Assembly: GCA_964343985.1 (NCBI GenBank) | Contig: CAYFLJ010000002.1 | Coordinates: 1-59,828, forward strand | DNA from: an uncultured Thermoflexus sp. | GTDB taxonomy: Bacteria > Chloroflexota > UBA11872 > UBA12225 | Direction of reading: 5' to 3' | DNA: 59,828 bases | In this document: in pieces, positions 48,158-57,190 of the stretch | Layout of the letters: each line of letters starts with the position of its first letter | Numbering within the stretch: position 1 is the first letter of the stretch | Notes under the pieces: model-generated | Database searches by the model: none | Seen by the model: only the letters and a program-made list of their open reading frames with translations | Told to the model about the DNA's origin: nothing | Position numbers and translations under genes: made by a program

Positions 48158-49021
48158 ATGACGGCATCTTTACCTTCCGAACCGGTACGCCTCGGCCAAG
48201 TTCTTGAAGACTTCAGACCGAGCGCGCCTCCAGAGGCATTTCCGCGAATTCGCCGGTTCGTGACCTTTGTTGGCGCTACTTCGGCACTCGAATCGGTGCA
48301 GGCCTTCAAAATTGAAGAATTTTTGAAGCTCCAAGTATCAACGTCGACACCTCCGCGTTTATATATGGAGGCGCTGAAAGCGTACTTTGCGTTTGCGCAG
48401 AAGGCTGGTCACATAACCGCCGACCCCATGAAGAACGTGCGGTTGCCGCGAGCAACCGGAATCGCCGCGACCGCCGCGCGCCGCACCGCCGCAGCCTCAA
48501 CAAATTCGTCTGCGACGCCGGTTACACCGGTGGCATCGCGCGCCGTTGAGGTGGAGTACGTCACGCGCGCCCGTCAACAAGAAATGGTCGCGGAGCTTGA
48601 TCGCTTAAAGGTTGATGAGCGGCAGCGGATAAGTGCGTTGCTTGAGGAAGCGATCAAGGACGGCGACCTCTCCGAAAATGCGGGCTACGACGATGCCAAA
48701 ATGCGCCAAGGGCTACTCGAAGCACGCATTCGCGAGCTGGAGGATAAGTTGCGCAGGGCGGCGTTGATTGAAGATCAAGACGTTGACGTTGCGACCGTCG
48801 GCGTTGGCAGCCGAGTGACGCTGCGGGATCTTCAGGATGACGAGGATGTGGAATACACCCTCGTTGGGCCGGAAGAGACTGACCCTGCGCGGTTCCGAAT
48901 ATCTCATCGGTCGCCCGTTGGCAAGGCTTTGCTCGGCAAACGTCAAGGCGAAGAAGCCGACGTTTCGACGCCGAGCGGGACGCATCGGTACCGAATCGTC
49001 TCCGTTGAACGCGACTCGTAG
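48158..49021 (+). CDS. GreA-family transcript cleavage/elongation factor fused to an N-terminal integrase-SAM-like (core-binding-like) domain
   Basis: The C-terminal half has a GreA coiled coil (GDLSENAGYDDAK) and a globular domain (ISHRSPVGKALLGK). In the N-terminal half, SxxTPPRLYMEALKAYFAFAQKAGHITADPMKNVRLPR resembles the phage-integrase N-terminal SAM-like fold. TACAAT lies 7 nt upstream of the ATG. Confidence 0.75.
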   Translation: MTASLPSEPVRLGQVLEDFRPSAPPEAFPRIRRFVTFVGATSALESVQAFKIEEFLKLQVSTSTPPRLYMEALKAYFAFAQKAGHITADPMKNVRLPRATGIAATAARRTAAASTNSSATPVTPVASRAVEVEYVTRARQQEMVAELDRLKVDERQRISALLEEAIKDGDLSENAGYDDAKMRQGLLEARIRELEDKLRRAALIEDQDVDVATVGVGSRVTLRDLQDDEDVEYTLVGPEETDPARFRISHRSPVGKALLGKRQGEEADVSTPSGTHRYRIVSVERDS

Positions 49022-49071
49022 ACTGGTTGCGGCGGCACGTTCGTCCGCCGTCCTCCGTTGATCTTGCGACG

Positions 49072-49614
49072 ATGCCAGCGATCAGCACAGCAGTTCAGGT
49101 GGTCGTGGCGTTTGGAGGTGCCTACCTCGTCGCTCTTTGGTTCAGCATGATTGTCTGGACCTATTACGACATTCGAGCTCGCTCACAAGACATTTACGTC
49201 CACATATTCGCGACGGCACTCGTTCTGGTCTTCAACGTTTTTGGGCTGCTTCTGTATTTCATTCTTCGTCCTCGCGAAACGTTGGCCGAGGCGTACGAGA
49301 GGTCACTTGAGGAGGAGAGCCTCCTGCAAGAGCTTGAAGATCGTCCACATTGTCCGAGCTGCAGACAGCGTGTGAGTCCGGACTTCATGGTCTGCCCGAG
49401 TTGCCACGTGATCTTGAAGAACCGATGCGTCTCGCCGTCGTGCGCGCGCTTGGTGAACCCGCGCTGGGAACTCTGCCCGTTTTGCGGGACGCTTCAAGTT
49501 GGCGACTTGGGCATCGATGACAGCGATGCGCCACACGGATCCAACGTGCCGATTGTCCCGATAAGCGTATTCGGGCCGGACACGACCAGTTCGAGCGGCA
49601 CTGGCACGGTCTAA
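49072..49614 (+). CDS. membrane protein with a PLD-N-like TM region and a double zinc ribbon
   Basis: WFSMIVWTYYDI..LLLYFILRP TM pair, then CPSC..CPSC and CVSPSC..CPFC. The ORF opens at a TTG at 49027; the ATG at 49072 is preferred. Confidence 0.65.
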   Translation: MPAISTAVQVVVAFGGAYLVALWFSMIVWTYYDIRARSQDIYVHIFATALVLVFNVFGLLLYFILRPRETLAEAYERSLEEESLLQELEDRPHCPSCRQRVSPDFMVCPSCHVILKNRCVSPSCARLVNPRWELCPFCGTLQVGDLGIDDSDAPHGSNVPIVPISVFGPDTTSSSGTGTV

Positions 49615-49619
49615 CTGGC

Positions 49620-50315
49620 GTGGCTAAGCCGTCGCCGTTGGTGCTTGCGTCGCGCTCGCCTCGACGTCAAGACGCAATGAAGGCACTTGGTTTGGCTTTT
49701 GACGTCGCGGTGTCGGACGTGGAACTCACGCTTCCTCCCGGCGAAGACCCCTGTGACCCAGTACCTGTTGCCGTCGCGAAAGTGGTCGACGTGGCACGGA
49801 CCGCCTCGAACTCTGCGCAGGTGCTAGGCGCAGACACAATCGTGGTGGACGGAACCAGACCAATTGGCAAACCGGTCGATGCCGAAGATGCGGTCACGAT
49901 GCTCATGGGATTACGAGGGCGAACCCATCGAGTCCGCACCGGTGTGGCACTCTACGAGCGCGGCCGCTTGGTCACGTTCGAGGTCGCGTCTCCCGTTCAG
50001 ATGAGGGACTACGACCGCGACGTCGTCGAGCGGTACGTCGCGACCGGCCAAGCGCTCGACTGTGCCGGTAGCTACGACGCCCGAAGCGCCGGCGAGCTGC
50101 TCATCGCTGGCATCGACGGCTGCATGTCTGCGGTTATCGGCTTTCCTGTGGGTGCGGTGGTAAGGGTCTTGCGCCATGAGACCGGACACACGGGATTGAC
50201 GGACGCCATTCCGGCGTGTGAGGTGCTCTGCGGTACGCCGTGCCGAGCACGCAACGCGGCGACGGCAAAAGCCTGCGACGCGTCGCGCTTCACGAGGCGC
50301 ACTTTTTTTGCGTAG
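49620..50315 (+). CDS. maf: Maf-family nucleoside triphosphate pyrophosphatase
   Basis: LVLASRSPRRQDAMKALGL and ..GADTIVV..GKP.. are typical Maf motifs. Confidence 0.85.
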   Translation: MAKPSPLVLASRSPRRQDAMKALGLAFDVAVSDVELTLPPGEDPCDPVPVAVAKVVDVARTASNSAQVLGADTIVVDGTRPIGKPVDAEDAVTMLMGLRGRTHRVRTGVALYERGRLVTFEVASPVQMRDYDRDVVERYVATGQALDCAGSYDARSAGELLIAGIDGCMSAVIGFPVGAVVRVLRHETGHTGLTDAIPACEVLCGTPCRARNAATAKACDASRFTRRTFFA

Positions 50316-50353
50316 GGGCCCGAAGATTGGATGGCCCGATCATCGGAGCGATG

Positions 50354-51169
50354 TCAGGTGGTCAAGGGCGACGTGCCATCCGCGGCGACGCGTAACTCCC
50401 CTGCGAACTCACGCAGCGCCGTGGCACGGTCGCCCGGGTTCACGCGGTCCATGCGATCAATGATGGCGCTGGCGATGATGGCGGCGTCGGCGACGCCACG
50501 GAGGCTGGCGACGTGCTCTGGGCGCGAGACGCCGAAGCCAACAGCCAACGGCATGTCGGTGAACGTGCGAACGCGAGCAAGGTACGCCGGCAAATCTTCG
50601 GGTAGCGACTGACGAGCTCCAGTGACACCGGTCAAGCTGACGCAGTACACAAAACCTCGCGCACGGGATGCAATCGCGCGCATTCGTGTATCTGGAGTTG
50701 TTGGCGCGACCAGAAAAATGACGTCAATTCCAACCGGATCAAGGGCAGCGATTAGGTCGTCTGACTCCTCGGCAGGCAAGTCGGGAACAATAAGGCCGTC
50801 GACGCCTGCCTCGCGCGCGTCAGTGGCGAAGCGATCCAGCCCGCGCGAAAGGATCGGGTTGTAGTAACTCATAAAAATGAGCGGAGCAGCGACACCGTCA
50901 GAGCGAAGCGTTCGCACGCAGTCGAGGGCGACTTGCAGACTCGCCCCTTGGCGAAGCGCTTCGAATGACGCACGTTGGATCGTGGCGCCGTCGGCTTGAG
51001 GATCGGAAAACGGGACGCCGAGTTCGATGAGGTCGAAGCCACCGTCGATGAGTGCCGTCACTAAGGTGCGCGACTCTTCGACCGTTGGGTAGCCAATCGT
51101 CTGCCACCCGATGAGTGCGATCGTTCCTGCTTCGCGGTGGCGCGCCAGGGTTGCGCTGATCCGAGACAT
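50354..51169 (-). CDS. trpA: tryptophan synthase alpha chain
   Basis: DLIELGVPFSDPQADGATIQ. Confidence 0.93.
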   Translation of the reverse strand: MSRISATLARHREAGTIALIGWQTIGYPTVEESRTLVTALIDGGFDLIELGVPFSDPQADGATIQRASFEALRQGASLQVALDCVRTLRSDGVAAPLIFMSYYNPILSRGLDRFATDAREAGVDGLIVPDLPAEESDDLIAALDPVGIDVIFLVAPTTPDTRMRAIASRARGFVYCVSLTGVTGARQSLPEDLPAYLARVRTFTDMPLAVGFGVSRPEHVASLRGVADAAIIASAIIDRMDRVNPGDRATALREFAGELRVAADGTSPLTT

Positions 51170-52377
51170 TACAGAGTGACCCCAAGCCGGGTCGCGACGG
51201 TATTCAGGTCCTTGTCACCACGGCCGGAGCAGTTGACGACGACGGCTTCGGTCGACGGCCGGGTCGCGGCGTACTCGGCGGCGTATGCGACAGCGTGCGC
51301 GGTCTCAAGTGCAGGAATAATCCCCTCGGACCGGCAGAGGAGCTCGAAACCGGTCATCGCCGCAGAGTCGTCGACGGCGACATACGTTGCGCGCCCGCTG
51401 TCCTTGTACCAAGCGTGTTCTGGGCCGACGCCCGGGTAGTCAAGGCCTGCAGACACGCTATGAGTCTCGACAACTTGCCCGTCTTCGTCCTGCATCAGGT
51501 ATGAAAGTGCTCCATGCAGGACGCCGGGGCGACCGGCGGACAAGGGCGCGGCGTGGCGCCCAGTTGCGACTCCGTCACCGCCGGCTTCGACGCCGATCAG
51601 ACGGACGGACAGATCATCGTGGAATGGGTGAAAGATCCCCATCGCGTTTGAACCGCCCCCAACGCACGCGATGACTGCGTCCGGACATCTCCCAATCTGT
51701 TCGATTGACTGTGCGCGCGTCTCGCGCCCAATCACACTTTGGAAGTCTCGCACCATGATTGGGTACGGGTGAGGACCGACCACGGACCCGATGATGTAGA
51801 AGGTGTCCTTGACATTCGTTACCCAGTCGCGGATGGCCTCATTAATTGCGTCCTTGAGTGTGCGCGACCCTGACCGGACGGGGCGCACCTCCGCCCCGAG
51901 CAGTTTCATCCGGAAGACGTTTGGGGCTTGTCGGTGGATGTCCTCTTCGCCCATGTAGACAATGCACTCAAGGCCAAGCATCGCGCAGGTTGTTGCCGTT
52001 GCGACGCCGTGTTGGCCGGCACCGGTCTCGGCGATGATCCTGCGTTTCCCCATACGACGCGCCAGAAGCCCTTGACCAAGAGCATTGTTGATCTTGTGCG
52101 CTCCAGTGTGCGCCAAGTCTTCGCGCTTGAAATACAACTGCGCGCCGCCAATTTGTTGGCTCAACTTCGCTGCATGATAGAGCGGAGTGGGGCGCCCGAT
52201 AAAGTCGCGTGCGAGGCTGTCGTACATCGCGGTGAACGACGGGTCGTGCCTGACTTCGTCGTACGCCGCAATGAGTTCGGCAAGCGCCGGCATGAGCGTT
52301 TCAGGTACGAACTGCCCTCCATATGGCCCGAAACGCCCCGGGCGCGTGGTACTCGTCGTCACGGTGCTAATCGCCAT
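51169..52377 (-). CDS. trpB: tryptophan synthase beta chain (canonical TrpB1)
   Basis: [16 protein letters not shown] and HTGAHKINN. The start is at the ATG (MAISTV) preceded by AAGGAA. Confidence 0.93.
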   Translation of the reverse strand: MAISTVTTSTTRPGRFGPYGGQFVPETLMPALAELIAAYDEVRHDPSFTAMYDSLARDFIGRPTPLYHAAKLSQQIGGAQLYFKREDLAHTGAHKINNALGQGLLARRMGKRRIIAETGAGQHGVATATTCAMLGLECIVYMGEEDIHRQAPNVFRMKLLGAEVRPVRSGSRTLKDAINEAIRDWVTNVKDTFYIIGSVVGPHPYPIMVRDFQSVIGRETRAQSIEQIGRCPDAVIACVGGGSNAMGIFHPFHDDLSVRLIGVEAGGDGVATGRHAAPLSAGRPGVLHGALSYLMQDEDGQVVETHSVSAGLDYPGVGPEHAWYKDSGRATYVAVDDSAAMTGFELLCRSEGIIPALETAHAVAYAAEYAATRPSTEAVVVNCSGRGDKDLNTVATRLGVTL

Positions 52378-52457
52378 GTGCGTTCCTTGTCTTGACTTGA
52401 GCGGCGAATACCGCAGTGCACTCCCGTCGCGGGCCGGCGCGCGGCGCAACCCGGGGA

Positions 52458-53468
52458 TTAGCGCAAACCCATCGCCGTCGCGACCCGCTCTAGTGTGCGG
52501 TTGGCAATCGCGCTTGCACGATTCGCACCGTCTAGAAGGATGTCGTCAAGGTCGTGGCCTTCAATGAGTGATCGACACCGCGCTTGAATTGGCGCAAGGG
52601 TGTCGAGGACGGCGGTCGCGACCTCCTTCTTCAGGTCACCGTAGCCGCGTCCACCAAAATGGGCCTCAATCGCGTCACGCTCAAGACCGGTCAGTACTTG
52701 GTAGATGGTTAGGAGATTGTTGACGCCCGGTCTCGCTGGGTCGAAAACGATGGTGCGCTCGCTATCTGTCGTGGCGCGCATGAGCGCTTTGCGGATGTTC
52801 GACGGGTCGTCGAAAATGCCAATTGCTTGGCCGGGCAGGTCGTCGGACTTGCTCATCTTCTTGGTTGGGTCCACCAAACCCATGATTCGCGCACCCGTCT
52901 CGGCGATGAGCGGTTGTGGCACGACGAGGATGTCCGTGCCGTTGCCGTAGAGACGGTTCACTCTCTCTGCGATGTCCCTTGTGAGTTCCACGTGTTGCTT
53001 TTGATCATCGCCGACTGGCACGAAGTTCGCATCGTACAGAAGAATGTCTGAGGCCATGAGGACGGGGTAGTCGAAGAGACCGGTGCTTATCCGTTCGCGG
53101 TTTTCGCCCTCTTTTGCTGCCTTGTCTTTGAACTGGGTCATCCGTTCAAGCCAACCCATCGGGGTAACGCAATTCAGGATCCAACCGAGTTCCGCGTGTG
53201 CAGAGACGTGACTTTGCACGAAGACGATGGTCCGCGCCGGGTCGAGTCCCGCTGCCAAATAGAACGCGGCGACCTCACGCGTCTGTTGCCGAAGGGCGAC
53301 GGGGTCCTGAGGAACAGTGATCGCGTGGAGATCGACGATGCAAAAGACATTTTCGTAGCGATCTTGATCATCGACCCACCGTTTGATGGCGCCAAGGTAG
53401 TTGCCGAGATGAAGTCCCCCGCTTGGCTTCACGCCTGAAAACGTTTTGGGACGGGTGCCGACTGACAT
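52458..53468 (-). CDS. trpS: tryptophan--tRNA ligase
   Basis: A HIGH-like [11 protein letters not shown] motif, KMSKS, and a length typical of bacterial TrpRS. Confidence 0.93.
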   Translation of the reverse strand: MSVGTRPKTFSGVKPSGGLHLGNYLGAIKRWVDDQDRYENVFCIVDLHAITVPQDPVALRQQTREVAAFYLAAGLDPARTIVFVQSHVSAHAELGWILNCVTPMGWLERMTQFKDKAAKEGENRERISTGLFDYPVLMASDILLYDANFVPVGDDQKQHVELTRDIAERVNRLYGNGTDILVVPQPLIAETGARIMGLVDPTKKMSKSDDLPGQAIGIFDDPSNIRKALMRATTDSERTIVFDPARPGVNNLLTIYQVLTGLERDAIEAHFGGRGYGDLKKEVATAVLDTLAPIQARCRSLIEGHDLDDILLDGANRASAIANRTLERVATAMGLR

Positions 53469-53492
53469 AGTGGTCAGGTTCCTCTCACAAAC

Positions 53493-54353
53493 TTACGGCT
53501 GCGCTGCCGAGTACACAGCTGCCTCGACGCGTGGCGCACCGGAGAATGGCTGAACCTCCGAGTTGAGTGGCGCTCGTGCCGCGGAGATGAAAGCCCGAAC
53601 ACAATCGGGGTCGGTCGTTCCATCGCGCTCCACGCCGCTCGCCACGTCCGCACCCCACGCGCCCGACGAGTCGAGTGCCTGACGAACGTTTTCACGGCGC
53701 AGGCCGCCCGCGATGAGTGCGGGAACACCACGTGCCGTTGTCGCGTCGACGACGTACCGTGCCATTCGATGGTCCCACGGTAGGCCCGCGCCCCCCACGG
53801 CGCCCGGTGCATCAATCAAGATGGCAACGACGCCCCGCACCCCGGCTAACGATTGGGCAAGCGCGGCCATGGTGTCGACGGCCTCGCTGAGGCGTATCAC
53901 GGCGACAACTGGCAACTTTGAGGCCTCGTAAACCGCTTGGCATACGTTCGGCGTACATTCACCGCTCAGTTGGATGGCGTCGAGTCCGGCGTTTGATGCG
54001 ATTTCGGCAATCTGTAGGACCGACTGTTCAACGAAGATGCCTACGACCCACGGTCGCGGGTTACGGAAAATAGGCGTTTCTGGCAGGGGTACCCTCGCAA
54101 CACGAAGTACTGGCACATCGGATCCAGCGGTGGTTGCCGGTTCCACTACAGTGTGATCTGGTGATCCGTCGGACCCAATGGACACTTCACGAACGGCGCG
54201 CACAATGGATCGAGCCTGATCAGGGGAGATCCGTCGCTTGCTGATCCGCGCAAAGTTCACGCCGATAAGGTCGGCGCCCGCGTGTATGACCTCCTTCGCA
54301 ATCTCAGGAGTTCGTACACCGCAGACCTTCACGATTGGCGTCTCGAAGTTCAC
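53493..54353 (-). CDS. trpF: phosphoribosylanthranilate isomerase (unusually long, 286 aa)
   Basis: VKVCGVRTPEIAKEVIHAGADLIGVNFA.. and the trp operon position. Confidence 0.85.
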   Translation of the reverse strand: MNFETPIVKVCGVRTPEIAKEVIHAGADLIGVNFARISKRRISPDQARSIVRAVREVSIGSDGSPDHTVVEPATTAGSDVPVLRVARVPLPETPIFRNPRPWVVGIFVEQSVLQIAEIASNAGLDAIQLSGECTPNVCQAVYEASKLPVVAVIRLSEAVDTMAALAQSLAGVRGVVAILIDAPGAVGGAGLPWDHRMARYVVDATTARGVPALIAGGLRRENVRQALDSSGAWGADVASGVERDGTTDPDCVRAFISAARAPLNSEVQPFSGAPRVEAAVYSAAQP

Positions 54354-55225
54354 AGGAGGATGACTCCCGCCATCTCTCGAGCTTTTGACGAGGGGTCGCC
54401 AGAGCGAACAAGCGCTTCACCGACGAGGACGGCGTGCGCACCAGCTTGCCGGACGCGCAGAACGTCGGTCGCGTTCCGCAATCCGCTCTCACTGACCATG
54501 ATCGGTTGGTACTCAAGTGCGCTATGGATGCTGCTCATCACCGCCTCAGTGGTGTGGAGCGAGGTCTCGAAGGTGGTCAGGTTTCGGTTGTTCACGCCGA
54601 TGATCGGCGCCCTGACCGAGACGGCGACCGCCGCTTCGGATTCATCGTGGACCTCGACGAGGGTTTCCAAACCTGCCTTGCGTGCGACAGCCATCAACCG
54701 AATAAGCCGTTCGCGTGCCATCGCGAGATCGGGCGTGCCGGCCGTGTGGAGCACATCGAGGTTGTGCGGGTCGCCAAGCGGTGAGGCGAGCGCAGCGACG
54801 ATGAGCAATACAGCGTCGGCCCCTGCCGCGCGTGCTTCCCAAATCTGGTAGTCGGTGATCAAGAAATCTTTACGCAGGACAGGGACAGTCACGGCATCAT
54901 GTACCGCCTGAAGGTCGTCGAGGCTCCCGCCAAAGTTGGGGAAGTCGGTGAGCACCGAGATGGCGGCCGCGCCACTCGAGACGTACATCTGCGCGAGGTT
55001 CACCGGGTCGAAAATCTCTGCCAACGTGCCGACTGAGGGCGATTTGCGCTTGATCTCGGCGATGAGCCGGGTTGGCTCGCCGGGCCTAGCGCGTAACCGT
55101 GATGCGAACGACCGGGCAGGCGGGCGGACGAACGCGCGCGCTTTGACGGCATCGATCGGAAGCGTGCGCATGGCATCCGCAACCTCACGGCGTTTGCCGA
55201 CAAGGATTTCATCGAGGATGGTCAT
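54350..55225 (-). CDS. trpC: indole-3-glycerol phosphate synthase
   Basis: ILDEILVGKRREV, IAEIKRKSPS, and a 4-nt overlap with trpF. Confidence 0.92.
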   Translation of the reverse strand: MTILDEILVGKRREVADAMRTLPIDAVKARAFVRPPARSFASRLRARPGEPTRLIAEIKRKSPSVGTLAEIFDPVNLAQMYVSSGAAAISVLTDFPNFGGSLDDLQAVHDAVTVPVLRKDFLITDYQIWEARAAGADAVLLIVAALASPLGDPHNLDVLHTAGTPDLAMARERLIRLMAVARKAGLETLVEVHDESEAAVAVSVRAPIIGVNNRNLTTFETSLHTTEAVMSSIHSALEYQPIMVSESGLRNATDVLRVRQAGAHAVLVGEALVRSGDPSSKAREMAGVILL

Positions 55226-55451
55226 GAGTCCGTTCCTTCAACCGATCTCGCTTGAAATCGCTGTGCGGGGGATCTACCCAAACGTGCCTCCGCGCACACC
55301 GAATTGGTTGTGCCAGTGCGCTGAGGGTTGATCGGGAGCGGAGCAACTCTCAAGGCCACCGCCGGTGCCGTTGCGCGCTGGAGGGGGTGTACCTTCGACG
55401 AACGCGTTGCCTGAAACAATTGGCCGCGGTCAGTCGCGACGTGGGTACGGT

Positions 55452-56480
55452 TCACGCCACGGCCTGACTGACGCGGACCAGCGTGTCTAGACGGGCGAGA
55501 GCGGCCCCTGATCGAAGAGCTTCACGCGCATGGTGGACGCCATCGGACAAGTCGCGAGCGACACCCGACGCAACCAGGGCAGCGGCGGCGTTGACGCACG
55601 CGATGTCGCGCCGTGCGTCAGCCTCGGGGCTATCGTCGGTTTCGGCAAGGAGGGCGCGCATCATTCGCGCGTTTTCGGCCGCGGTCCCGCCTGCAATTGA
55701 CACTGCCGGGTACTGGTCGACCCCGACGTCTTGCGGGTTAACCTGATACGCAAGACGGGCGCCTGAGGAAACCTCGTGGATATCGGTCGGACCAGACAAA
55801 CTGATTTCGTCTAGGCCGCCGGCACCGTGAACAACAAGCGCGCGCTCGGCACCCAGATGACTGAATGCGCCAGCGACGATCGGCAGGAAGCGTGGTGAGG
55901 GCACACCAACAACTTGTCGCCGCGCTCCGGCGGGGTTTGTTAGCGGTCCAAGAATGTTGAAAACGGTACGAATCGCGACTTCTCGACGTAACGGGGCGGC
56001 GAACCGCATGGCTGGGTGGAAGGACGGCGCAAACATGAAACCGATGCGTGCTTCATCGATGCATCGTGATACAGCGTCGGGGGAGAGGATGATCGAGACT
56101 CCCAGTGCCTCAAGTACGTCGGCGGAGCCACTCTTGCTGGTCATGCCCCGATTACCGTGCTTCGCGACCGGGACCCCGGCCCCGGCGACGATGAAGGCGG
56201 CGGCGGTTGACACGTTGAAGCTACCACTACCGTCGCCGCCGGTGCCGCACGTGTCAACAACCGGAAGATCCGTTGGGACGCGAAGAACTTTTTCGCGCAT
56301 GGTTCGAGCCATGCCCGCAACCTCGTCAGCGGTCTCACCTTTCATGCGCAGAGCCGTGACGAAGGCGCCGAACTGCGCCGGGGTCGCCCGATCTTCCATG
56401 ATGTCTGACATGGCGTCAGCCGCTTGGTCGATCGTGAGTGTTTGGCCTTCGACGAGTGCTTGGATGGCTTCGATAATCAT
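55452..56480 (-). CDS. trpD: anthranilate phosphoribosyltransferase
   Basis: DTCGTGGDGSGSFNVSTAAAFIVAGAGVPVAKHGNR. Confidence 0.93.
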   Translation of the reverse strand: MIIEAIQALVEGQTLTIDQAADAMSDIMEDRATPAQFGAFVTALRMKGETADEVAGMARTMREKVLRVPTDLPVVDTCGTGGDGSGSFNVSTAAAFIVAGAGVPVAKHGNRGMTSKSGSADVLEALGVSIILSPDAVSRCIDEARIGFMFAPSFHPAMRFAAPLRREVAIRTVFNILGPLTNPAGARRQVVGVPSPRFLPIVAGAFSHLGAERALVVHGAGGLDEISLSGPTDIHEVSSGARLAYQVNPQDVGVDQYPAVSIAGGTAAENARMMRALLAETDDSPEADARRDIACVNAAAALVASGVARDLSDGVHHAREALRSGAALARLDTLVRVSQAVA

Positions 56481-57190
56481 CGTGGGTAATTCCGATCACC
56501 CTCTTTGTGCACAGCCTCATCCAGTCTCCCCCGTTGACGCTTGACTGGGTCGCTCGTCGTGCTGACGCTACGCGGCGGAGACGACGGCACCGTGCCCAGT
56601 GGTCGGTTGGTTGCGTTCCACTCCGAAGCGAAGCCAAGAAAGTTTTTCAAGAGGGCTTTCCCGCCATCCGTTTTGATCGACTCTGGGTGAAACTGAACGC
56701 CTTCGATCGGGTAAGTGCGGTGTCGCAACCCCATGACGAGTCCGGCGTCGGTCCATGCGGTGACCTCAAGCTCGGCGGGCATATCTTCGCGGCGAACGAT
56801 GAGCGAGTGGTAGCGAATTGCGTCGAATGGTCGAGGCATACCGACGAAAACCCCCGTACCGGTGTGGTGGATCTTCGACGTTTTGCCGTGCACGATCTCA
56901 GGCGCACGCTCAACTGTGCCTCCGAAGGCCTCCCCTAAGCACTGATGCCCGAGGCAGACTCCGAGGGTGGGGTAAAACGGTGCAAGGGTTCGGATCACTT
57001 CGACCGAGATGCCGGCTTCACGTGGCGTACACGGCCCGGGCGAAACGACAATTGCGTCGGGACCCATTTCACGCACATCGTCGATTGCGATTGCGTCGTT
57101 CCGTCGCACTTCGACGGTTGCCCCGAGTTCGCCGAGGTACTGAACAAGATTCCACGTGAAGGAATCATAATTATCGATCATGAGAATCAT
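56477..57190 (-). CDS. trpG: anthranilate synthase component II (glutamine amidotransferase) with a roughly 45-aa C-terminal tail
   Basis: MILMIDNYDSFTWNLVQYLGELG, a GVCLGHQ catalytic Cys, and 4-nt overlaps with trpE and trpD. Confidence 0.92.
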   Translation of the reverse strand: MILMIDNYDSFTWNLVQYLGELGATVEVRRNDAIAIDDVREMGPDAIVVSPGPCTPREAGISVEVIRTLAPFYPTLGVCLGHQCLGEAFGGTVERAPEIVHGKTSKIHHTGTGVFVGMPRPFDAIRYHSLIVRREDMPAELEVTAWTDAGLVMGLRHRTYPIEGVQFHPESIKTDGGKALLKNFLGFASEWNATNRPLGTVPSSPPRSVSTTSDPVKRQRGRLDEAVHKEGDRNYPR

